Shown: one piece after another, positions 40,001 through 52,000 of the stretch | Numbering within the stretch: the first letter of the stretch is position 1 | Layout: the number at the start of each line of letters is the position of its first letter | Assembly (NCBI RefSeq): GCF_030028105.1 | Contig: NC_092378.1 | Coordinates: 100,925,731 to 100,989,730 of the forward strand | Reading direction: 5' to 3' | From: Mobula birostris | Taxonomy: Eukaryota | DNA: 64,000 nt | Notes under the pieces: model-generated | What the model saw: only the letters and a program-made list of their open reading frames with translations | The model's database searches: none | Told to the model about the DNA's origin: nothing | Translations under genes and position numbers: made by a program

Positions 40001-43000
40001 AGATCATGAAAATGCAACGTAACTTCATTGGACATGTGATTAGGAAAGAGGAGTTAGAATGCACTGTAATTATGGGGAAAGATTGAAGGGAAGAAAGCAA
40101 GAGGAAGACAAAGACAAAGGATGATGGAGACAGCAGCCAGAGAACCGGAAATGAATACCAATGAATTGATCCACTTGACCCAAAACAGGAGTGTGTGGAC
40201 CATGGCAGTCAAAGCTCAAACTGGGCACGGCACCTGATGATGATGATGATGATGATAATAATTATGCTTAATTGCTGGGGATCACAAGTCACTGGAAAAA
40301 CATCACCAATGCTGAATAAACTCTTATTGGACTTCCAGCTGGGTGCAGGTATCAATTTTAACCAACGTTTCAATGACAAACTCTGCCATCTTCATTAGGG
40401 ATGATGCCTGGGCATGTTTAGTCTGGTGGTATTTATACTCCCATCGTCCATCACTTCTGATTGGTTAGTCCTCTTCCAATCCCAATCAGGTTTCCGCTGT
40501 CCCACCTTGTTTACAATCAAAATTCAGTTCTTACTTAGAATGAGAGTTTTGTCTTTGTTAAAATTCTTTCCCTCTAGTTTTATTTCAATGGCTTCCTTCA
40601 CCAGCCCGTCCCAAAAGCCACTGGTGTGGCAGAGTAGTTCTGCATCATTGAAACACTTAATCTTTTTTCACCAGCATTGCTATCCCAGCAAAATGCTCCA
40701 AATTCATCAGAATATTCATGACTAAAATAAGCCAGCCGATCTGGGGGAGAGCTCGCTGACTTTTGTTTGCTTATCCTTCCAATGAATTCAGATGATTTTG
40801 CTGAACTGGCACTGGTGATGCTTTTCTGTTGCCTTGTGATGCCTTGGTGCATGGTCCAGGTCACAGAAACATTTGTAGGACAGAGATCACTTCTGCCTGG
40901 TACATCATAGGGTTTATGTCCAGTCTGAAGTCATAATCTTGAAGTACTCTTTTCTCAATCAACACAACATATACTGCTGCATTGAAGACAGTGGGAAATT
41001 TCATCATCAACGATTGCCTTTGCCAAGAGTTGACTCTCAAGATAAGGAAAGAGGTCCAATTCTCTGCGTTTTGTCATCAACTTCCATTGTCAGACTGCAC
41101 TGTGGTACAACACAGGCAGGTGGTAGAGGTCCTCTATCTTGTTGATTCTGAATATATTTAATGTATACCAATTTTAAATTTAGCATAGTCTAGATTTCAG
41201 AGTCTTCCTGATCATTTTGCTGGTGTCAAATTATAATAGATACAAATTTAATGCTGTTCTGATGAAATCAAAACTTTAAGCATTTTTTTTTACTCAAGAA
41301 ACCCCATCTGATCTGCTAATTATTTTCACCATTTTCTGTTTTTAATCTCAAAGGCAGCTCTGTTTCCTTGCCAGACCTTCTTGGGTTTGGTCTGTCATTT
41401 CCTGAAATTTACATTGGATTTTCATGATCAAATGGTTCAAAATTTGGAATTCACTCAACAATTGACTATGATAATTATGGAATAGTTTTGGTTTTTGTAC
41501 ACTGTTCTATTTCGGTCCATCTTTCAATGCTCATTGATACACTCCAAAACTGATTTGTTCTGGATCGTGATGGCAATTTCTTGAAGTCTTGATTGACTGC
41601 ATCTAGTCTGTAGATCACATTTTCACTTGCAATAGAGTGTAAGAGGAAGATGCAACAGTTCATCCACAATGAGCTCTACTTGAAACTTCTCTAGACCATT
41701 AAACACGCATATACCGAGAGATTGTGTGATTTACAGAGTAAAGGCAGGCAATGAGAACTTTACTGGAATCCAAAATAACTCAGACTGGGTGGCGGAGTGG
41801 AAATACATCTTTACCAAAGGAGGTGTAAGGTTCTCCTTCCCTACACTAGTCTGCAGGTCACCCTAGGGCAAGGTGTAGCACCTCCTTAGCTCTCCCCACC
41901 CCAATCAGGGTCACGTGAAGCCAAGGGGGCAGGTGGTGTATGGTCATTTGAGCAGCTGGTATATATCACAAGTCCTGGTTATGCAACCACTGATTCCAGG
42001 CAGACAGTCTCTGAAGAGTACTGGTAATGGCTGGCGTCACCCGTCTTGTAAAGGCACTGCCCAGAAGGTGGCAATGGCAAACTATTTTTGTAGAAAAATC
42101 TGCCAAGAACAATCATGATCAGGAGACCATGATTGCCTACATCAAGTAGCACAGCACATAACAATGATGATAATGGTGATACTGAGAGAATGACTGGGCA
42201 CCTTAGTAGATATTGCTGATGTGGGACCTACTAATAACGACTTACAATCTGTTGCTGGGGTAAAGGCTCTACCTAGTAAAAACTAATGGAACTTATTGAT
42301 TTCAGTTGCTCTTCTAAGTGCTTTCTTCCCAATTGGAGCATAGCTGTGCTCACTCTGAGGTGAAATGGATGGGTTTTGCTTGTACTCTTGCTTTACTACT
42401 GCACAGGCACCACAGGTTAAAGAACCATATGCTGGCTCATGGTGCCATAATAAATAAGGAGAGTTTCACTTGTTAGGTATGCCTTGCAACTAATGCACCA
42501 TACTTAGCTATATTTTCAGTACTGGTGATATAGCCTCTACATTCCCTTTATTAATCTTCAGCTTGACAGTGTTTTCCATTATCAGAATACGGCTGAACTT
42601 ATCAAATTACTGTATACTGACCGGTACTCAAACAGGTTATGACACAGCAGTTCACATGTTCATTCACTGGCTGTTAATCAAGCTCTTCATTTGAAGGTCC
42701 GTCCACGTGCTGTTGTCACTGCTGTATTTCATGCAATGAAAGCAATCACTGTGAGGACAAAACTCTTCTACAGTCTTGTGCTACTTCCATTGACCCAGCA
42801 ATTTAACAAACAATCTTGAATATTGGAGGCTGCATGATCAAAAGCTTTGAAAGAATTGGATCATTTAACAGTCCACTCACAAAACTATCAGATAAAGCAT
42901 GATCCAAGAAGACAGCAACAAAGTAATGTATTAATGAATAGTCTCATTCTGCTTCAGTTCCTTGTCCCAGACTGCTAGCCTTCTGTTATTTCCAACAGGT

Positions 43001-46000
43001 TTGGTTGGAAGTAGTTAGCAGTTTCTGTACAACTTTTTTTAAACAACTTATTGCATGCATTTGGTCCAATCACTGTCAGAGGTGAACATTTTTTTTTAAA
43101 TCCTTGCCCAGCACATAATTTTGGGCTCAGTTAACTTATTGAGAATGTTTTTTTAAATACTTGCTTCCAAATGGGAGTCGTACATTCCGTGAGCTTGTTA
43201 CATTGCGTAACAGGCAAGTACATCGTTGACTCCACTGGTCAACTTTACAGTCACGTGGAAAGAGAATGCCATATTTCATGCTTGAAAGATACATTACAGC
43301 AGGTGAAAGAATAAATAACAGAAATGTGATGATGCAAAGTGAGAGAATGAGTTAATGGGAGGAAAATGAGAATATAAATAAATCAGGGGAAATAGAAAAT
43401 GGAATACTGGAATCATTATCTGAAATCATTGTTGCGTCCAGACAACTGTAGTGAGCTGCTTTCCTCCAGCTTACATTGAGTTTGTACAGGAAGGTGGTTT
43501 GGAGAGGGAGGAAAATTCAAGTCATATGTACTTGTCAATCTGAGGTCACGACTGAAGACTGAATGGAGGTGTAAATTCAGTGACCACTTTCTAGACTGAA
43601 GTCTCCAAGCATAAATGATACTGCCTAGTAAAACACACAAAATGCTGGAGGAACTCAACAGGACAGGCAGCATCTATGGAAATGAATAAATAGTTGACGT
43701 TTCAGGCCGAGACCCTTCTTCAGGACAGCTCTGAAGAAAGGTCTCAGCCCAAAACATCAGCTGCTTATTCATTTCCACAGATGCTGCCTGATCTGCAGGG
43801 TTCCTATAGCATTTTGTGTGTTACTTTGGATTTCCAGCATCTACAGGTTTTCTTCTGTTAATGATACTACCCCTTGCTTTTCTGTCAGGAGGTGAAACTC
43901 CTTGTGATTTGTGCAATCCTGCCATGCATAAAATGCCTACTGTGTTTATCTGTGCAGCAACGAATCACTGTGGTAATCTTTGGATGTAATTAGATGCTGC
44001 AGACATATAGATATTGATCAGCAGGAAGTGTGAACTCACTCCAGCCTGGGAACTTTGCGTAATCGCAGTACTCTGCTTCGGCAGGTAGTGGCTTCTCATA
44101 ATGGGCACACCCACAGCATCGGACCATTTCCATCTGAAAGCACGAGTGCAGACACATCTGTGTGCACAAAAGGAGTCAACTGGATTAGTCTGCTCTTTCT
44201 ATTCCCAGTCGAAGTTTGTACTGATGATTTCAAGTGGGCTGAAGTCTTGCCTGTAAAGTGTATCTTTTGTTGTAGAGATTTGCCACTGGCACATTCAGCC
44301 CGTCCATCGTACAGTCACTGTACGGACTACCCAGTCTTTGCAATACAGTCTGAAATATCAACAAAAATGATTCATTGGAAAGCAATACATTGCAAGAGAC
44401 AAACAGCAGCAAATGTAAGTTATTGTAAGCCTTGCAATTGGTGAAGGTTGCTCAGTTTATCTGATTTTTATTTCAAAATGAATTTTATGCATAATAAAAA
44501 TATAGTGGGGTTCTGGTTAATTAGGCCATCAGGGCAGCTGTTTATATGGGACAATGTGCTGCTTCGTTGGGGCAGGAGACGACTGCTGAACATTTTCTAA
44601 CTAGCATCAGTCGCAGTGCCTGTTAGACACTACTACACCGCACATAGAGCAAACAGTTTTTAAGTAGCATCAGTTGCATGTGTTTGTGTTCAAAAAGCAG
44701 TGATTTTTGTCACTGACAGTTGTGAGAAATAAGTAGTGAACAACTCAGAACTCACTGCTGTTTCAATCATTCAGACATGGAAATACCAGAAACGGCTGGC
44801 TGTGAAAATGAAACGATTTCACTATTTCAACAAGGTAGGACTTAAGAAGAATTTGAGGGTATCATCTTGAATGTTACCTTTGGTCCCCACTGGGCACTCT
44901 GCTCTCACCTGTGGCTCTAAGCCCCATTTCAGTACACTGCTCCATCAGGTTGGCTATACCAGGTGAGGGTAGCTGGCAGTCTCAGACCCTGGTGAGATTG
45001 GGACATGCCTGTCCGAGCATGTGAAGTCAGCTCTGGAGGACTGGCTGGAAGAGATCTACACAGTGAGATCCAATGGCCAGAAAGGCCCTTCTGAAACGCA
45101 CAGGGAGAGCGAAGGGCATGACGAGGCACAAGATGATGTCATGGTCATCCACTGCAACCAGGGAAAACTCCAGTTGTGACATCTACTCATCCCACTGGAC
45201 CCAGACTTCTGAGATGGAGACAGTGGAACTGCCCAGGCTTTCTACACAGGTTTCCTGTCATTGTCAAATATGATGGCCAGCCACCAATAGTTTTGGTAGT
45301 GTTCTAGTTTGTTTTACTGTATATTTCATTCAAACACCTAAATTGTTACTCAGTTAAACAGGAGATTGTCTTTATATAACTTTTCAGCTACTCCCATGAA
45401 ACTTCTGGGGAAGCCACTTAATTGGGCCAAAATGTACTGGTCTCAATTGACTGGAATCTACTGTATATATAAAAGAAAAAATATAGTACAAAATATCTTA
45501 CTTTCTTACTATGTGCCATTTCATTGGAGGTTCAGCAGGAATTGAAAACTGCATTGCCTCTCTGTACACAGACCTGCCATAAATCACCAGGTAACAGATC
45601 TGAATCACAGCTACAATATTCTCATCTCAAACTCACCTAACCAGATTCCTCCATTCTCAATTCCATCCACCAATCAACTCTTATCTCCTTAACACTCATC
45701 TTCACATCATCTCCCCAACTATCTACTCAGTTTCAGAATGTGGGAACAGGCATATTTCCCCCCTTGAGTCTATTCTATCAATCAACCCAACCAACAGGGA
45801 TCTGTGATCCAACTCCATGTATCATTTCTCCATAAACCTTTAATAAGCAAAACTCCATCAATCTCAGATTTCAAATACCAAAATGATATGATTCAATTGC
45901 CAATTGCGGAAGAAAGTTCCATGTTTCCGCCATCCCCTGCATATTGAAATGCTTCCCAACTTCATTGTTCAACTCTAGTTTTCAGACTGAAGCCCCTTAG

Positions 46001-49000
46001 TCTTAGATTTACCAACTTCTAGCTCTTATCATTTCTGCTCAATGAACTGAAAACTTAAATCAAAACACTCCAAAACATGCTAAATTATGTAGAATCCAGC
46101 CAAGTATAACAGAATATAATCCAAGTTAACATTCATATGCACTCCCATCACAAAAATGAGATGCTTCAGCCAAATAAAATCCAACTACAATGTTGAATAG
46201 CTGGAGCCTAACTTCAAATATCTGATGCTCCAGGCATAAATTCCATTAATCCTCAGGTCTCCTTGGATTTTCACCATTTAAAAAGTATTCTGTTCAATTA
46301 TTTTTGTATCCAAAACAGAGGACCTCACATTTGCATGCTAAAATTGAGTTTGTTGAGTACTGTGAGAATTGCTTGGACCTTGACCATCAGCTGATACCGT
46401 CAGCTTAGTTGTGAAGGAGTGTTTCCCATTGGGAAGATTACCAATTCAAGGCCCATGGCCGTTTGGGTTTCTGTCTGAATCTCAATCCCCACATCTTCAA
46501 TGAAGGGGTGTTCATGGTGATCATGAATGACAATTTTGGCTCCCATTGAAGTGATGAGGTACGGATTGTACTCATCCTCATCCACATGCAGAGTCACCTT
46601 CAGGCCTGTGAAAGAGAAGAAGAGGAGAGCCAACTTTCAGGACATCGTGATCAGTTTATAGCCAATAAACACAGCCACGTTGCAAGTAGGAAATATGGTG
46701 GCCAATTGCACACAGCAAGCTCTGACAAACAGTATAACATTGACTTTCACTTGGAAATTCTTTATGCCTTATCAGATCAGAACTGATGAAGGTATGTCAG
46801 GCTAAAATGCTGCCAGTGAAACGTGAGCTAACCAGTCTATAATTTCCAATATTTTCTATCCTTAGTTTGTATCTCACTTCAGAGTTGAACAACTTCGGAT
46901 AGTAATTCTGTATTTCCATTAAAACCTGTTCTTTGACTTTTCTCATCATCACTCTCACTTTGATCAACCTTCCATCACAGATATCCCTTCCGTTGTTTCC
47001 ACCTCTACTTGCATTCTATTGCTTCTGGAAGTGCTAAAAATTTAGCCTAGCACACAATTCCCAATTCTAGTGAAAGATTCCCAACCAAGGATTTAATTCA
47101 CTTTCTCCTTCCACAGATGATGTCAGACGTGCTGAAAATCTCCACCATTATTTGTTTTGACTTTAGATCTCAAGGATCTGCATTTTTTTTTTACAACCCC
47201 AACAAAAGAACTTGGAGTGAAGTGTAGAAATCATGTAATAAGCTCAAGAAGGAGATGGAAAGTTTTCTAAAAGGCAAGTGGATCAAGGAATGTGGGACAA
47301 AAGTGGGAATAGGCTACCGAATGCTCAGGCAGATAGCATTGAACGGTGGAACAAATGCTAAGGGTGGAATAGCATTTTCCTGCTTCCGTTTTCGTTGTAA
47401 AAAAAAACCCATGTCGTGACTTGAAGATTGTGAGACACCACATCCTGGGGGGGGGGGGCATACTAAAGAGTGAAGTCACACAAGGACATAGGATCGTGGG
47501 CATTCTCCACCAAGAGAGACACGTGAATATTGCACTGGGACACCCAGAGTACAGTGGAAACTCTTCCCCAAGTCCTTCAATAAAGGTTAACTTCCATCTG
47601 GAAGATAATTGCGAAGAGTAGACTTTACCCAGAGGCTTTGAATCCGTAAAGCTGTACTGGCAGAATAAAATGTTTTATAATTATAGTGTCATACAGCACA
47701 GAAACAGGTCCTCTTGTCCATGGGGCCAATCAGTGCTAATCCCATTTACAGAGTAAATTGTAGACACTGCTTCCTCTGTCTTTCGACTTTACCCTCCATT
47801 ATCAGTGAAAACTCCGCCTCGTTTTACCGTTCTCACTGCCCCCGCTGTTGGTTCGCAGAGCTCTGCTATCTTCTCCACTGTTGAATGTGAAGCAGTTTCC
47901 ACGCAGCGGGTGGTGCATTAGGCTAAAGTTCCTGTAGCGGGGAGAGAAGGGGGACAGACACACCTCAGTCACTGCGGAAAAAAAGAGTGAAACATCAAAG
48001 ATGCAGATCTTCGGGAGGACTGGAGTGTCGGAGGAGGCAAACGCGGGAAAGCTGGAAACAAAGTGCATTTGGATATTGACCTCGGAAACCCCCTCCCCAC
48101 AAGGACTACAGACAACCCAAGAGTATAAAGGATTGAGATGATATCTTATTAAAATGTCATAATTTGTTAGATTTAATAAAGTGAACCTAGTTCCCCTGAA
48201 ACACTACTCTGTCTCAGCTCTCTGACAATGAAGGAGTCAATCAAAGAGCAACTTCAACAGGTTGAAAATTATTACTCTTCCTCCGGGCAACACCCCGTCA
48301 GCAGGTACCTGACAGTACAGCAAGCCCTCAGCACCACCCGACTCCTAATGAATCAATCCGTGCCGATATGTTCACACGCAAACACGAGGGAATCGGCAGA
48401 TGCTGGAATTTCAAGCAACACACATAAAAGTTGCTGGTGAATGCAGCAGGCCAGGCAACATCTCTAGGAAGAGGTACAGTCGACGTTTCAGGCCGAGACC
48501 CTTCGTCAGGACTAACTGAAAGAAGAGCTAGTAAGAGATTTGAAAGTGGGAGGGGAGGGGGAGATCCAAAATGATAGGAGAAAACAGGAGGGGGAGGGAT
48601 GGAGCCAAGAGCTGGACAGGTGATTGGCAAAAGGGATATGAGAGGATCATGGGACGGGAGGCCTAGTTTCAGACCATGCTGTACCCTACCTCAAGTAGTA
48701 CCCCTCGAAATGGTATAGTGCCCCTTACTGCCACTCCACGGCATTTGCCTCCCCAGCCCCATCAGAACTATCCTCTCTAAATGCGGCCCCCCACCACGCC
48801 AGTACTGCACTGAGCGTGGGGGAGCCGTGGCTGCTTCAGAAATGTCGCTCCCACTATGATTGAGCTCTTCAGAACTGCCCCCCCAAAACGTAACTCGACC
48901 CCCCCCCCCCGTTCTCCTCCAAACTAAATTCCTAGACTGGACCCGGGGACCTGCCTCCAAATTGTTCTTTCCACACTGTTTGAGCCTCCCCAATTGCGGA

Positions 49001-52000
49001 AACCCCAAACTACCCGTCCCCCACCTTCACTGCGGACCCACAAAATTTCTGCACAGGAACATTCTGGAAAGGTGTGAACCCAAAAACTGACGTCTCCTAG
49101 CGACAACTGCTTTTCTCGGTTGGCTACAGCCGAATATCTTACATACAGAGCAGTCTGCATTAACCTTGAATCGCAGGCTCTTCCCCCAAACGAACAGGAT
49201 AATATAAGATCATCAGCAGAGTAGCCCATCTGCAGTTTGGTTTGTTCGGGCACCCGTGCCATAATGTTGAGGTAGTGGAGTCGATACCATTCCTGGATGG
49301 CGGCTGTGCCCGAGTTGAATGTATAGATGTCACAGGTAGAGTCATCGTGTTTCTTCTCGCACTGCCCCGGGAGAGAAAGAAGAAATAAGCGAACTTGCAA
49401 TACAAGGTCAAGCTAGTTTCCAGTGCCCAAGATGTCCTCAGCAGATCCTGACCCAAAGGATCTGGCTCTTCCCTATGTATCAGACTCACCAACTTGAAGC
49501 CAATCATGTTGCTCGGTTTCAGGGTGTAGCTGCCCCCGAACGATCGGGTTCGGAGTGTCCCGTTCATCCTGTGTAGCCTCTTGGTGATGAGGTCGGACAG
49601 GATGGTGTAATCCTCGCCCACCTTGACCCGCAGCAGTGGAATACTGTTGGAAAATCCGCCCCCTTGGCTTTCGGCGGTGTTTCGCCGAGCTCGCCACTGA
49701 CTGCTGTTGGAAGTATTGGTGAAGTGGTAAAGCTCGCTGATGGCAATCCGCGTCTCCTGGTCCAGTTTATCAAAGAGATGTCTCGTCGCAGTGTATCTGT
49801 AGAGAGACGGGAGCAAACCCAGGGCAATGATAACCGCCATGGTCTGGGTGTGTATGAGGGAATTCAAGTAGGACCTTTCTAGGAGGTTCATGTTCACATT
49901 ATTGACAAGGAAGACATCTTCAGAAATACAGTACATCTTTTATGATGACAATTGTTTGAAAATTTCTGTGCTTCCTACTGTATTTTTAGCCAACATACAC
50001 CTTCATCAGGTGCTAGTCAAAGCATTTGACCTCTGCCACCGACCCTCCAATCATGAAACGGTGGAGAACCTTGGGGAACAATGGCCCGCAGCGACGGGTT
50101 CCCGTATTTACCAAACATCGCAGTTTAAGAACTGGACAGGGAGCATTATCTGCTCAACAGTCTCCTTCATTTTCAGCGAGATCATGATTACTACTCCATC
50201 TCGTCTCCAATTCCCACCCTCAGCCTTATCCCTGAATTCCTAGCAGACCAAAAAATTGCACGAAATCTACCAAGTAACTAACACACGCACACGCGCACAC
50301 ATACACACGCACACAGTGCTGGAGGAACTCAGTAGGCCAGGCAGCATCTATGGAAAGGAGTAAACAGTCGATGTTTCTGGCTGAGACCTTTCGTCAGAAC
50401 TGGAAAAAAGATTAGAAGTTAGAGCAAGAAGATGGGGGGGGGGGGAGGGGAGGAAGAAGTACAAGGTGATAGGTGATAGGTGAGACCAGGAGAGAGGGAG
50501 GGGTGAAGTTAAGAGCTGGGAAGTCCATAGGTGGAAGAGATAAAGGCTGGAGAAGGGGGGATCTGACAGGAGAGGGTAGAATACCATTGAAGAAATGAAG
50601 GAGAGAGGTGCTACGTAGTTAAGGAGATAAGGTGAAGGGAGGGGGAAAAAATCCAGAAGTTCAAGAAATTGATGTTCATGCCATTAGGTTGGAGGCTACC
50701 CAGATGGAATAAAAGTGTTGCTACTTCAACCAGAGTGTGGCCTCATCATGGCAGTAGAAAAAACCATGGAGTGTCATGTCAGAATGGGAAGTAGAATTGA
50801 AATAGGTAGTCACCAGGAGATCTCGCTTTTTTTTCTGGCAGATGGAGTGTAGGTGCTTGGTGAAGCAGTTTCACGATCTACACCGTGTCTCATCGATATG
50901 CAGTAGGCCACATCAGGAGCACTGGATACTGTAGATGAATCCAACAGACTCTCAGTAAATGGTGTAGGGGCAGGTATGGCACTTGTCCTGCTTGCAGTGG
51001 TAAGTACCAGCAAGGAGATCAGTGAGTGGGGTGGGATAAATGGACAAGGGAGCAATCCCTACAGAAAGTGGGAAGTGGGGCCGAGGGAAAGATGTGCTTG
51101 GTGGTGGAATCCTGCTGGAGATGGTGGAAGTTATGTTGAATTATTTGCTGGACACGGAGGCTAGTGGGGTGGTATGTGAGGACAAGAGGAGCCGGTTGCT
51201 GGTGGGGTGCCGGGAGGATGGGGTGAGGGCCGTGTTGATAGTGGAGGAAGGAAAGCCCTTTTCTTTGAAGAAGAATGAAAAGCCTCATCCTGAGAGCAGA
51301 TGCAGTGGAGACAGAGGAACTGTACGAAAGGGATGGCATTTTTACAAGTGACAGGGTGGGAAGAGGTATAGTCCATGTAGTTATGAGAATCAGTGGGTTT
51401 ATAAAATATATCAGTAGATAAGCTGTCTCCAGAGATAGGGACAGACAGATCAAGGAAGGGGAGGGAGGTGTCAGAAATGGACCAAGTGAATGTGAGGTCA
51501 AGGTGGAAGTCAGAGGCAAACTTGATAAAGTCGATGAGCTCAGCATGGTGCAGGAAGCATCAGCAATGCAGTCATCGATGTAGTGTAGGCTCGGAACATA
51601 GACTGTTCTGTGTAGCTAACAAAAAGCAGGCACAGCTGGGAATTATGAGAGTGCCCATGGCTACACCTTTCGTTTGAAGCAAGTGGGAGGAGAATGTACC
51701 AGTCTTAGTCTAGACCACTCTATAGGGAAGGACTGAGCCCTGAAAGCATTCACATCCCACCAGTTTCTCTGGCAGTCCAAGAAAAATAAGTCAAGAAAAA
51801 TTTCACTTACTTTGTGAAAGCTTTCATTCTGCTGAATGGACTTTTCCCGTGTAAAATTGGAATACCGTAAATGGCAGGTTAATAGTTAGCACTCACTTGA
51901 TGGGCTGAAGGACCTGTTCCCATTCTGTCTTACTCTATAGTTCTAAAGTAAAGGTGCATGCCAGAAATTCTAATGTTCTCACATAGCAATGAGACACCAA

